64,000 nucleotides of DNA from Dictyostelium discoideum (GCA_000004695.1 CM000151.3:7040001-7104000); one strand, 5' to 3'. Shown: positions 36,120-52,051, numbered from the stretch's first letter. Numbers and translations: made by a program. The notes: generated from the letters alone by a model not told the origin.

Positions 36120-36219
36120 NNNNNNNNNNNNNNNNNNNNNNNNNNNNNNNNNNNNNNNNNNNNNNNNNNNNNNNNNNNNNNNNNNNNNNNNNNNNNNNNN
36201 NNNNNNNNNNNNNNNNNNN
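36120..36219. other. Assembly gap (100 N).
   Basis: Run of n. Confidence 1.
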
Positions 36220-37583
36220 ATAAATCATTTTATTTCATATTTATGTTTAAAATATGTACATGAAATCACAATAAACAAAACAACACCTATGTTTAATGAT
36301 TGTTTAAAAATTGTTGATTTAAGAAATGATTTGTATTGATTCTAATAAATTAAAATTTTAACCACAAAATAAAATCCTACCACAATTTATTCTTCCATTC
36401 CTTCTACTATACCCTAACCTATTTAATTATATATTCTAGAATTTGAATTTATTGTAAAATAGTGTTTATACTCCACCAACAAAAAGGATTTAAAAACTAT
36501 TTTAAAAATCATAAAGCTTTAAAACAAAATGTTTGAAATTATTATTTTAAAAGGTTTGGAAAAAAAAGAAAAGAAAAGAAAAAAGAAAATGATATTATTT
36601 ATTAAAAAGAAAAAAACAAAAAAACAAAAAAAGAAACAAACTAAATCAAAATAAACCAATTTAGAATATAATTAATTTCTTGTTTTTCTTTTTTTTTTCC
36701 AAACTTTTAAATTTAGAAAATAATTGATTTCTTGTTTTTCTTTTTTTTTTTAGAATCGCTGGTGTATTTATTTTTTTAATTATTTTATTTTTTGATTTTG
36801 TTTTAATTTATTTCTCTTTAATTTTACTTTTTTTTCGAGTTGCTGATAGCTATGCTATTTATTTTTATTTTATTTTACTTTTACCATTTCTCTTTTATTT
36901 TGTTCTTTTTTTTTTTTAATGAATTTTTTTTTTTTCATTGTTTTAAAAACTTTTAAAAATGAAAAAAAGTATAGGAAAAATGAGAATCATAAAAAACAGG
37001 ATGATGAATAAGTTTTGATCACTTATATTTTTTAAAATATAGTGCATTTTTACATGACATATTATTATATTTTTTAAATTTGAATTGAAAAATTATATAA
37101 ATGAAGAAAAAAAATGAAAATTAATTAATGATGATATCAATTTTAAAACAATGATTGTTGAAAACATACAATATTTATGATTTTTATATGGTAGTTGAAG
37201 AAAATTATTGATTAAAAAAATTATTATCTATTAATAAAAAGGTTTTAAATTATATTATTATTCTTGTTGATATCATTTTGCTTGGCTTAATTTTATATTA
37301 ACATTTAACTTTACTTGTATGTCAACATAATATTTTTACAAATTTTAATTTATTTAATTTATTAAATAATTGTGTGTTTATTAAGTAGTGGTGGAGGGGG
37401 GTGGGTGGTTGTGAGTGTGTGATTAAATTAATTATAACTAAAAATTATTTCGATTTTAAAATTAAAAAAAAAAACAGTATAAATACTTTTTTTAATTTTA
37501 ATTTTTTATATCAAACAAAAATCATTAATTAAAAACTAAAGTTAAATAAATTAAAAACTATAAAAAAAAAATATATTTATAAA

Positions 37584-37839
37584 ATGTTATTCAGTATGTA
37601 TTTTTTTTTTTATTTTTTTATTAGAATTATTTTTTAAAAATATCAATGAATTTAATATTAATTTAATATTTTTTTTTTTAAATTTAGAATCATTAATTTC
37701 ATTATCAAATAAAAATACCACCTTAAATTCATCTTTAATTTCAAATCAAACAAACAATGATTGTAATGAATTTAAAAATGAAATTACAAACAAAAGTTCT
37801 ACTGCATTCTTTACAAGACCAAACTTTGTAAACTATTAA
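37584..37839 (+). CDS. Small-family gene Ka. Exon 1 37584..37593, exon 2 37688..37839. Product identical to Ia.
   Basis: Splice and frame verified. Promoter 37230-37583 is paralogous to 33880-34257. Confidence 0.6.
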
Positions 37840-38493
37840 AAAAAAAAATAATATGATATAAACAATGCCGATAAAAAACTTGTATATTTAATAAAAAAAA
37901 TTAATTATTTATTTATTTATTTATTTAAAAATAAAACCAAATTTTTTATTTTTTTATTTTTTTTTTTTTATTTTTTTTTTTATTTTTTTGAACATTTTCT
38001 ATCCTGACCCTGCAAATATAGCACCAAAAAAAAAAATTTAATTCAAAAAAAATAAATTTAAATAAAATTAAATGTTTTTTGAACTTCGTTTTTTTTTTTA
38101 TTTTATATAAATTTTTTTTTTTTTTGGGTACTTTTGTTCACTTTTTTCTTTTTATTTTTATACTTAAAATCTTTCAAAAAAAAAAGAAAAAACAAAAATT
38201 GATCAAATAATGAACTTAATATATTTCTTACCAAAAAATAAATAATAATAATAATAATAACGATAAAAATAATACTCAGTTCTTATTTTACATATGTAAC
38301 CTTTTTATTTTTTTAGATAATTTGTCATAATTATTATTTTTATTATTATTATTTAAAGTTTAAAAAAAAAAAAAGAAAAAAAAAAAAAATTTTAGTTTTT
38401 TTAATTAAGTTTTGTTTATTAATTTTAATTTATTTTACAAGTAAAGTTCGGCCATGTAAATTTATATATATATATAAAGTTTTTCGTTTTTTT

Positions 38494-38736
38494 TTAATAA
38501 TTTACAAAATTTGGTCTTGTGAAAAAGGCAGTTGGACTCTTCATTGTAATAGAATTATTTGTAGTACTAATTGAATTTATATTATTAGATTCAATTGAAC
38601 TTGATAATGATGATGAATTTTTGTTTGATAATGAAAGTAAAGATTCTATTTAAAAAAAAAAAAGTAAATTAATTAATACAATGACTTTAAAAATTTTTTT
38701 TTTTTTTTTTTTTTTTTTCAACTTACTGAATAACAT
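38494..38736 (-). CDS. Small-family gene K. Exon 1 38727..38736, exon 2 38494..38645. MLFKSLLSLSNKNSSSLSSSIESNNINSISTTNNSITMKSPTAFFTRPNFVNY.
   Basis: Splice and frame verified. Confidence 0.55.
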
Positions 38737-39601
38737 TTTAAATTATAGTATATTAATATAGTTTTTATATTTGTTTTTTTATTTATTTAATTAATAAAAT
38801 TTTTTTTTAATGATTAAAATAATTTTTTTTTTTTTTATTTATACTTTTTTTTTTATTTTTAGTTTAAACATTTAATATAACCCCCAAAAAACCACTTAAT
38901 AACACTAATAACAAATTTGTAAAATAGATGTTGTCGACATACATGTGTTTTAAAAATTAAAAGGTTTTTTTGATAAACACACACACATTAAAAGAAGAGA
39001 TTTTATTATTTTAATTAAAAGATAATTTTAAAAAATGTAGATATGGTATCAACATCATTTTCTTTTTGACAAAAATAAAAATAATTATTTTAAATTTTAA
39101 TTTTTAATGATTATATAATTATTTACCCGCTCATTGATCACTATTTTTTTCCAAATAATTGTTATCATCATTTTTAAAATCAATTTTCTTCTTTTATAAG
39201 TTTTTTATTTTATTTTTATAATAATTTTAATTTTCTTAAGGAGTATTAATATGGATATAATAACAATATAATTGATTTTTAAAGTAAATCAAGTAAAATA
39301 AAAATAACAAAATTTCTTCATTTACTTTATTTATTTTAAAAATAAAAAGGTTTTTTATTTAATTTTAAAAAATTATAACATCATCCTTTTTTAAAATAAA
39401 AGAAGATAAAAATGATGAAATTATTTTATTATTTTTTACTTAATGATGTATTATCTTAGGGGACATCAAATTGAGAAAAAAAAAAAAAAATTATTTAAAT
39501 TAAAAATTTTATTCTTTTTTTTTTTTTTTTTTTTTTCTTTCCTTAAATTTATATAAAAACTTAAAAACTAGAACTTCTAAAAATAAATAAAAGAAATTAA
39601 A

Positions 39602-39843
39602 ATGCTATTTGGTATGTTAAAATTAATTTTATATAATTGGTTGATATTTATTTATTAATATTTTAAATTTTAGAATCAATTAAATTAAACATAAAAATAA
39701 ATAATTCTTTAAATGAATGTTCAAATTTATTAATTAGTGAAAATAATAAACATTCATTATATATTAATTCATTAAATACAATTACAACTAGAAATCAAAC
39801 TAGTAGCTTTTTTTTTTCTAGACCAAATTTCCAATGTTTTTAA
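39602..39843 (+). CDS. Small-family gene L, divergent. Exon 1 39602..39611 (ATGCTATTTG), exon 2 39674..39843. MLFESIKLNIKINNSLNECSNLLISENNKHSLYINSLNTITTRNQTSSFFFSRPNFQCF.
   Basis: Splice and frame verified. The promoter does not align with the others. Confidence 0.45.
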
Positions 39844-40309
39844 AAATAGATAACTAATTGTTAATTTACATTAAGAATAATTGTTCGAATAACTCAATAT
39901 TTAATTATTATTATGAATTAAATCATTTTTAATTTTAGAAAAAATAATAATTTATAAAAAAAATAGTAAAAATAAAAAATAAATTATTATTATTAAATTT
40001 CCAAAATCATACTTCATTTTTTTGATAATAACAATAATAATTATTTTGACAAAAAAAAAAAAAAAAAAATTGATAATTATTTCTTTTTGATAAACAAAAA
40101 TTAAAGTTGATATCAATAAATTTATTAGCCGGACAATTATTCAATATATTTTAAAAAATCAAATATCTAAAATATAAATCTTGATTTTAATAAATGTTGA
40201 TATCATACATATTATTTCTGCTTCTCATATAAATTTAAAAATAGCAACATATTCAATTTACAAATATATTTTATTTTTCAATCTATAGATTTATCAATTT
40301 TTTATTTTT

Positions 40310-40349
<40 letters not shown>

Positions 40350-40606
40350 ACCCATAGTAAAGAAGGGGTCAATTTTTAATTATCAAGTTATACGATTATT
40401 TCTATTTTAATTTTTATTTTATTTTTATTTTTATTTATTATTTTACTTTAATCAAAAAAAAAAAAAAAAAAAAAGTAAATATAAATAGTATTTTTTTTTT
40501 TTAAAAAAATAAATACTTAAAAATAAATCACAAATCAAAACATTAATTAATATAAATTATTAAAAAAAAAAAAAGAAAAATATTAAAAAAATAAATATAT
40601 TTTAAA

Positions 40607-40847
40607 ATGTTATTCAGTATGTATTTTAAATTAATTTTATTTCATTGTAAATTATAAATAATAAATATTAATTATTTTTATTTTTTTTTTTAAAATAGAA
40701 TCATTAATTTCATTATCAAACAATGTTTCAAAAGTTTCAACATTAATTTCAGTTGAAAACAATGAAAATTCTATAAATACTACAACAAATACTATAACAT
40801 TAAGAAGCACAGTCTTCTTTACAAGACCAAATTTTATTAATTATTAA
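40607..40847 (+). CDS. Small-family gene M. Exon 1 40607..40616, exon 2 40699..40847. MLFKSLISLSNNVSKVSTLISVENNENSINTTTNTITLRSTVFFTRPNFINY.
   Basis: Splice and frame verified. Confidence 0.55.
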
Positions 40848-41016
40848 TTAAAAAAATAATTTATATATAAAAACAAAACATGGCCGAAATTTACATGTTT
40901 TAAAAAAAGTTAACGAAATAAAATCCTTTTGATTATAAAAAAAAAAATAAAAAAAAAAATTATATGTTTTCTTTGTATTTTTATTTTTTATTTTTTATTT
41001 TATTATTTTATTATTT

Positions 41017-44000
41017 TTAACTATCTTTTTTAAAAGTTAAAAATTTTTCAAAAGAAAATTTGTTTGTACCAAATATTGATAATAAAACTGGTAATAAGAC
41101 TAAACCATGAACAGCTGCTAATAAACAAATACTTATATACATTTTGAAATAGTATATGATAAAGATTTCTGATTTTGAAAAAGCTAAAACTACACAACCT
41201 AAAAGTTTTGTGATAAAGATACCACTAAATATGTTTGCACCCATTTCTGATATTGCAAATTTAACCTTTTCATCTCTTGAATAATGTTTTGGTGATCTGA
41301 TGAATGTACTTGCAATATGAACGCAAAATTCTATTGATATACCAACAGCCATAATTAAATTTACGACAGAGATTGCATTCAAAGATATATCCCATAATGT
41401 CATGACGGCCAAAAGGTCAACAACCGTCATACCAACACAAAGTACAACCAATATTGAAACCAATGGATTCATTAATATAGCTAGTGATACGAAAAATACA
41501 CTTCCCAATGCCAATAAAATACCTTTTAATGCCACTTGTTTTATGGTTAAATAAGCTTCAAAGTAACAATAGAAAATACTATAAGTGAAAACTTGAGCAT
41601 CTGAATGGTCAGCCAAATAATAACTTGTGGCAAGTGCATTGATGAAATCATTTTGAGTTCTTAGAGTTGTATGATAAGCATCGAAACGAGTTGCTGCAAT
41701 ACTACCATCACTATTGAATTTTACATCACCAGTATATGCTAAACCTGCCAATGGACATTGATCTGTATTTGTGAAATTTAAAAATGCAGGTAAATACTTT
41801 TTAAATAGTGATGGATCGGGTCTACCAGATTTTTCCAATGGGAAACATTGTTGATCACAACCAGGTTCATCACTATTACAATAGGTACCATTATCGAATG
41901 CTGTACAACAACCGACAGTATTACTCCATTGTAACATATCATCTAACCATGATGAAATTCCAGGTGAAATGAATGGTGCATTATCAAATGTATTTATAAC
42001 TGAATTATTATTACAACCACCTACTGTACAAAATTGATTTTGAATTGATGGTATGGAGAAATCATAATTTCCTTTTACAACTATATACATTGGTGGTCCA
42101 ACCTCTAAGAATTGATTCATATTTGTGAAATAAGCTTGAAGATAAGAGTTTCTTGGTAGTGCAACCTTTTGATCTAAACCAATTGGAATTTGATATGCAT
42201 AATTTATTGAAAACAATAACATTGCAATAAAGAATATTATAATTAATAATTTTGAAATTGGATGAACTAAAAATGGAGCATAATATTTTGTAAATAATTC
42301 CTTTAATAATGTTGTTTTCTTTTTTGATTTCTTTTTTAACATTCTCTTTTTTGATAATGGTGATGATTCTTCATTATTAATATTTAAACCATCAACAACA
42401 TTTAATGCATCAACATCATAATTAAAATTATGAGCATTATCATTTCTATCATCATCTTCACCATTAATTAAAAGTGGTTCATTTTCAATTTCTTCTTGAT
42501 TATTATTATTATTGTTATCATTGTTATTAAGATTATTATTATTATTATTATTATTACTATTTAATTGTTGATCAATATTATCAAATGGATCATCTTCTAA
42601 ATCTGAATTATCACCATTTAATGATAAGCATGGTAAACAATCAACTCTTCTTGATTGTAAACGTTTTGTATCTAAAACTAATAAACAAGCGAATGCACTA
42701 ATTTGTAATAGGAAGTCAAAGAAAACTGCAATTGAAGCATAGAATGAAAATGCTTTTACTGCTGGCATTTTAGTTAAGGAACCTAATAGGAAAGCAAATG
42801 ATTCACTTAATGATGCTAATGCAATTGATGGACCAACCTTTGCAAGTGTACGAGCAAATGATTCTTCTGGTGTTGGCATTTGATGATGATTTTGATTAAA
42901 ACCACTAATTGATGATGATGATGATGATGATGCAACATGTAAAGATTCAAAAGTATTTACTAAAATGAATATATTATCAACACCAATGGCTAACACTAAG
43001 AATGGTATAACTTCACTAATGATTAGAGTTGCTTTTATACGTAGAATTGAACAAATACCAACAGAGATTATAATTGAACATGCAACTATACAAATACCAG
43101 ATAGACCCAATGCAAATCTTGAACGAATGAAAAATGAATTGAATCTTCTTGGAAATGGGTAATAACTACCTAAACTAAGGGAGATATATAAAAACATAAC
43201 GAAATAACTAACGATAATCGTTGGTATATCTGCATTACCTTCTCTTGCCAATTCATCTTGTACTGATCTTTGAGCATTGAATGATATTTCGAATGGACAT
43301 GAAGGATCATTTGAAATCTCTTGAATTTTATTTAACCAAACTTGTTCCCACATCATTGATCTATCAATCATTGAATCTGGATTATTCAATAGGAAAGTGG
43401 TGACAAATGCTTTTGCCAACGTTGAATTATCATTCCAACCACCCAATACTATCTTTGGATTTACAGGTACACCAGTTGAATCCATACATTCTGGTGAAAG
43501 TAATTGTGATTTACATTGTTCAAACCAACCAATTACATTATCCTTTTGTTGATTTAATTTATTTTGATCACGTTGAAAAATACCTGTTATACTCTCAACC
43601 AAACAACCACGTTTAGTAGGTTCAAAACATAATTGATCCAATGTTATAATCCTATTTGAACCATCATTAAGCTTTACACTTGTATTCTTCATTAGTTGTG
43701 TCTCTATATCAATTAATGATTTAAATAAATCATAATTGAAAATCGTTGATAAATTCTTTTGTTTTGGTATTAAAATTAATTGTTCAACACGATAGAATGG
43801 ACCGAAATGATCATCGAAATATTGTTTCTCAATTGCTGATCTACTATCTGGTGATACCCATAATTTTACTGGATCAGTTTCAATCTCTAATGAAATAATA
43901 CCAATACCAATACCAATTGTAAATAGTAAACAACATATTAAAACTATTATTGGTCTTTTTGTAATATTAATTCCATACCAATAAAATACTTTTTGAAAAA

Positions 44001-45437
44001 TATTTGAATAATTGCTACCACTATTATTGTTATTATTTCTATTATTATTGGTATTTTGAATTTCATCATTATTAACTTGTTGATTAATTATACCACCACT
44101 AATACCAAGTATTCTTCTTGAATTTCTATTTGAAGCTGTTTTATCAACAATTATACAAGCTAAAATTACTATTGATAATAACAATAATGTTATCATTATA
44201 TAAATGGATACACCCATTGCAAATGAACAATTCCATTCTTTTCCATCATCTAATTTCCACATACAACTTGCTGTTTTACCATCTATCATTTGATGAGTAG
44301 TTACAAATGGTATCAATACTGTACAAATGAATAAAATACCCAATATTATCATCATTACTGTTTTAAACTTTTTACCCTTAAAATATCTAATCTTTGATGA
44401 ATATTTAAATATTAACCAAATGCTAAATCCAAATAATAATGATAATAAAAATAATAAAAATGACCAAACTATCCAAATTGTTAAATGTGGTACTCTTAAA
44501 AAAAAAAAAAAAAAAAAACCAAAATATTAATATATATATTTAAAATATATAATAAATAATAATAATAATATTATAAATTTACTTACTCTATTAATAAATG
44601 AGTTTGAATGATTGTATCATTTAATAAACCAATATCTTTATAGGAAGGGGGAGGTAAACAAGCATCACGACATTGATCACAAGAACAACCTTCAGAACAT
44701 GGTACGATTGCATCATTATAACCTTCATTATTAAAAACCCAATTTAATTCTTTGAATGTTGGATTCACTGCAGAGAAAACACCAGTGAAGAACAATTGTG
44801 CAGTTGGAAACATTACACCAAATGGTTGAGCACCATTGGCATGTACATCTCTACATGAATTATATAAACCATTGGCGAAATCTGGATGTAAAACGAAATC
44901 GATGCTAATGATTTGGTCAGTTTTATTATCAACTTTAGTTGGTACCATAAATGATTTCTGATAGGGTGAACATGACGATGCACACCATAGATTATAAAGA
45001 TTAACCATACAACTACTACATCTACCAAATATACCACCCGCTACCAACATATTGGTTTGTAAGATTAAAGTTTGATTATAATTACAACATGATTCAATTG
45101 AATATTCTGGATGTGTTAATTGACATGTATTTGGTGCGATTTCCGTATTATTCTGAAATTTTAATATTAAAAAAAAAAAAATAATAAAAACATAAAAAAT
45201 AAAAAAAAAAAAAAAATAAAAAAAAAAAATAATTAATTTTTCATAGAAAATAAATATTTTTATTTTTATTAATAATAAAAAACTTACTAATGGTGGAAAA
45301 TCTTTTGCTTCAACAAATGAAGATGAAACGCCATACATTGAACAACCTAATGTTGTATTATAAGGGTAAGGTGATTGACATTGTATTATATTTATAATCG
45401 ATAAAAAAAAGATTAAAAAAACTATTATTTTATTCAT
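41017..45437 (-). CDS. NPC1 (Niemann-Pick C1)-like sterol transporter with N-terminal cholesterol-binding domain and sterol-sensing domain. Three exons: 45288..45437, 44587..45152, 41017..44494. About 1350 aa.
   Basis: NTD Cys pattern (CCNYNQTL…GRCSSCMVNL…). SSD GLSGICIVACSIIISVGICS…AIGVDNIFILV. 13-TM-like topology. Splice donors GTAAGT with acceptors TTTCAG and TTTAAG; frames check. Confidence 0.8.
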
Positions 45438-46305
45438 ATTGAATGAATTTTATTTTTATTTTATTATTTTAAAATTATTATTATTATTCTATTTCATTAA
45501 AATAAAAATTTATTTTTTATATTTTTTTTTTTTTTTTTATTTTTTATTTTATTTTTTTTTTTAGTGTGTGTGATTGGCAATTATTATTTATTTATTTTTT
45601 TCAACCTACAAAAAAAATTAATTATTGAAGGTATTGAAATTTTATTATAATAAATGAATTGGAACACTAGGATGTAATAATTGGTAAATAAAAAATAAAA
45701 AAAAAAATAAAAAAATTAATATAATAAATAAAAAAAAAAATAAAAAAAAAAAATAAAAAAAAAAAAAAATAAAAAAAACCAATATTATTTGAACAACCCC
45801 ACAACACACAAAAATTTTGCATTAAACAACGGGTGTTTATTTTTAGTAATAATAAAAAAAATAATAAAAAAAATTAAAAAAATTAAAAAAAAAAAAATAT
45901 TTCTATATATATTTTCAATCATTTGAAATATATTGAATTCATCCTAATTTGATTATTATTTAAATCATGTCCGAAATATAGACATATGGTATTTGGAATA
46001 ATGGTTTTTTTTTTTTTTTTTTTTTTTGAGATATTTTGATTATAATATAAAAAAAAAAAAGTGAAGTTTCAAAAAAAAGATTTTTTGTTGGCTTGGAGAG
46101 ATTGAAAAAAAAAAAAGAAGATTTTTTTTTTTTTAAGAAATAATTTTTTAAGAAATAATTTTTTCATTAGAAAAAGAATTAATTAAAAAAAATTGGAAAC
46201 AGAGATAAATTCTGAATACTAATACTAATATTTTCAATATTTAAGAATCTAAATTTGGATTTGATTTTTTTATTTTTGAAAAGTTTTGTTTTTATTTTCT
46301 AGCCG

Positions 46306-46338
<33 letters not shown>

Positions 46339-46502
46339 TTCTTTAGTTTTCAAGAAAATATCTGTTGTTTTTTTTTCTTCATTTTTTAAAAATTTTACGA
46401 ATAACAACTCTTAAGAAATTTTAATTTTTTTTTTTTTTTTTCTGTACAAAAAATAAAGAAATTTTTTTTTTTTTTAAATTAAAAAATTTCTAAACTCAAA
46501 CA

Positions 46503-48710
<2,208 letters not shown>

Positions 48711-48763
48711 ATTAAAGAATTCAAAAAATAAAATAAATAAATTATTATTATTATTATTATTTA

Positions 48764-49506
48764 TTAATTTGCCCAAGAATAATATTTTAAAGTAGTTGGT
48801 GGATTGAAATAATTTGATTTACCACAATCATAACAAGTTTTTGATATAATATTTGCGATTGGATTGAATTGACCAGTTGAAAGTGTTAAAAGTTTGTCAC
48901 TTGATTTAATGGCATTTATTAATTGATCAGTTGGTATCGATTTAATTTGAGTTGTATTTTGAGTTATAAAAGATAGATGATAAAATTTATTAACCAATAA
49001 TAAATCCAATAGTAATTGATAAGAGTGTATTGGTGATTTAAAATTTGTAAATGTTAATTGTAGATCCAATGAAGTTATCTTTGAATTTTCATTACAAAAT
49101 ACTTTCATTAAATCGGTATCATTTGTATCGGTTTCACCTTCCAATGATAAAAATTCTAATGTTGGATGAAATTTATTAAGGAATGCTATTAAATCAATTG
49201 ATGTGAATTTAAAACCAATTAATATCAATTCTACAATTGATTTACTCTTTCCAATCATTTCATAGAATTTATTTGTTATTGGTCTTGATTCATAATCACT
49301 TGAAATCTTTAATCTAACCAAATTTATTAAAACATTCATACAACCATCAACTAAGATATCAATATCATCAACCTCTGTAAATTTTATCTCTAATGATCTT
49401 AGATTTTTAAATTCAATATCTCTTAAAACTGGTAATGATAAAATTGGAAATAATGTCATTAATGATAATTGTTCAATATTACAAATTAGTTTTTCATCTT
49501 TTTTTA

Positions 49507-49589
<83 letters not shown>

Positions 49590-50818
49590 TCATTATCATT
49601 ATTCCAAATAAAATTATCTAAATTTTGTTGAATTTGAGATGGTGGTGGTGGTGGTGGTGATGATGTTTTATCTGAATCACTTGTAATTGTTCTTAATAAA
49701 ACAACTTTTTCAATATTATTTGATAAATTTGTTAAAAATGATTGAACTTTTGAAACTGTAATTGAAGGTGAATCTCTTGGTGTAATTGAAGGTGAATCAT
49801 TATAATATTTTAATTTATTAAAAGAGTTATTAATTGCATCTAATATTAAATTTGAATCAATACCAGTACAATTTTTAATTTCTAATTTTTCTAATTTACA
49901 AGTTGAAGTTTCTTTTGTTGCTGTTGTTGGTGTTTTTGAAGAAGAAGGAGATGATGATGATGATGATGATGAAATTAAATCAACTAATTGATTACAATTA
50001 ACTTCTTTACATGAATAAATTGCTAATGATGTTAATTGTTTACAAAGTAAAGAATTTTTAAAACCAGTTAAACCATTTGGACCACTATCCATAATGAATA
50101 ATTTTGAAAGGTTTATTAAACCACCCAATTTAATAGTTTCATTAAAACATGTTAAATCAACTAACGGTATTTGATTTTGTTTAATTGCAGAGAATCTTAA
50201 ACTTAGTATTTCAATATTGGCACCAACGACTTGATATTGATCACCAGTTTTAATTGGTTTAATTAATTCAATAAATTCATACCAATGTTGTGGTATATCG
50301 AATTGCATGAATAATTTTGTAATATTTTGGAAAAGTGGTAACCTAATCGAATGAAAATCGCAGTCTTTATAAGATGATGATTCATTATCAATGGTTAAAG
50401 AGACGATATTTTTTGAATATTTTAATAAACGATTTTTATTAATTTTTACAATTGGATTTGTAAAAACGGCTAGTTCAACAATTTGTGGTTGAGTATCCAA
50501 TGTTCTACTTGACACTGCTAAGAATTTATATTGTTTTGATAATAGTTGTTGAAACCATGGTAATCTAAATTTACTAAAATCACTATGTGCTTTAAATTCT
50601 GGTAAATACAATAACGAATCTGTTACCCAACTATAATACCATTCCCTATTAACCAACATTAATCTCTTTATATTTTCACCGATTAATGACTTTAAATAAT
50701 TTGGACCACTACCATTTGGTATACAATATTTTAAAAATTCTAAAACATATCCAATAATTTTTTTATATAAATAATTTGGTAATTTCTTTATAATTATAAT
50801 TTCTTCTTTATTATTCAT
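48764..50818 (-). CDS. Hypothetical 684-aa protein with poly-Ser, poly-Pro and poly-Asn tracts (ATT microsatellite 49505-49585 is coding); possible leucine-rich-repeat-like architecture.
   Basis: Long uninterrupted ORF with regularly spaced Leu/Ile/Asn. No firm domain call. Confidence 0.45.
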
Positions 50819-51220
50819 TATGTTTATTTTATTTTATTTTATTTGTTGTTTTTTTTTTTTTTTTTTTTTTATTCAAAAGCATTTGTATGTGTGATATTTA
50901 TTGGGGATTTTTTAAAAAAATTAAAAAATAAAAAATTAAAAATTAAAAAAAAATAAATAAAAAAATAAAATAGAAGATTCAATGAAAATAACTAGAATAA
51001 TCCAAATTTTGTTTTAATATTTTTTGAAAATAAAAGAAAAAAATAAATAATTTTAAAATTAATTGAAAATAACTAGAATAATCCAAATTAATTTAATTTT
51101 TTTTTAATTTTTAATTTTCAATTAATGAGTTTATAAAAAAAAAAAAAAAAAAAAAAAAGGTTTTTAACATATTTATTTTATTTTTTTTATTTTTTTTAAT
51201 TTTTAATTTTTAATTTTTTT

Positions 51221-52051
51221 TTAAATTGATTTAACTTTACAAGTACCATCAGTTTGACCGAAATAAGCAATTTTAGTCATATTTACAAATAAACCTGTTT
51301 CAACAACACCTGGAATCATTTTAATATCAATTGCTAATTGTGGAATATTTGATAGTGGTTTTGAGAATTGAGCATCGATTATGAAATTACCATTATCAGT
51401 TACAACTGGACCAGCTTTATTTACGGCCATACGTAATTTTGGAGTCAATGAAAATGATGAACTTTCTAATTTCTTCATTACAGGTACGTAAGCCATTGGT
51501 ACCACTTCAATTGGGATACCTTTTTTCCAATTTTCACCCAACTCTGTTGATTCCTTTGTATGATCTGCAACAATAACTAATTTCTTTGAAGAGTATGCAA
51601 CGATCTTCTCTTGTAATTGACAACCACCACCACCTTTAATTAAATTAAAATCCTTATCCACTTCATCTGCACCATCGATTGTAATATCCAATTCTGGTGT
51701 ACGTGATAAATCTGATAACTCTAATCCTGCTTCAACAATTAATTGAGTAGATTGAAATGATGTTGGTACACAAATTACATTCTTTAATCCTAATTCTTTA
51801 ATTCTATCAACTGCATACTTTATTGTACTACCACTACCAATACCAATTTTACAACCATCTTTAACAAAATCATCAACTGCTTTATATGCTGCTACTTTTT
51901 TACAATTATCTAATGACATTTTATTATAATTATTATTATTATAGTTTCTAATTGAAAATCTAATTAAATTATTATTTATATTATTATTTATATTATTTTG
52001 TTGTATTAATTTTGAACTTAAATAAATGATTTTATTTTTAGAGTTGAACAT
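51221..52051 (-). CDS. rpiA: Ribose-5-phosphate isomerase A, with an Asn-rich N-terminal extension.
   Basis: RpiA motifs GIGSGSTIKYAVDRI, DGADEVD, KGGGGCQLQEKIV. Confidence 0.8.
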   Translation of the reverse strand: MFNSKNKIIYLSSKLIQQNNINNNINNNLIRFSIRNYNNNNYNKMSLDNCKKVAAYKAVDDFVKDGCKIGIGSGSTIKYAVDRIKELGLKNVICVPTSFQSTQLIVEAGLELSDLSRTPELDITIDGADEVDKDFNLIKGGGGCQLQEKIVAYSSKKLVIVADHTKESTELGENWKKGIPIEVVPMAYVPVMKKLESSSFSLTPKLRMAVNKAGPVVTDNGNFIIDAQFSKPLSNIPQLAIDIKMIPGVVETGLFVNMTKIAYFGQTDGTCKVKSI

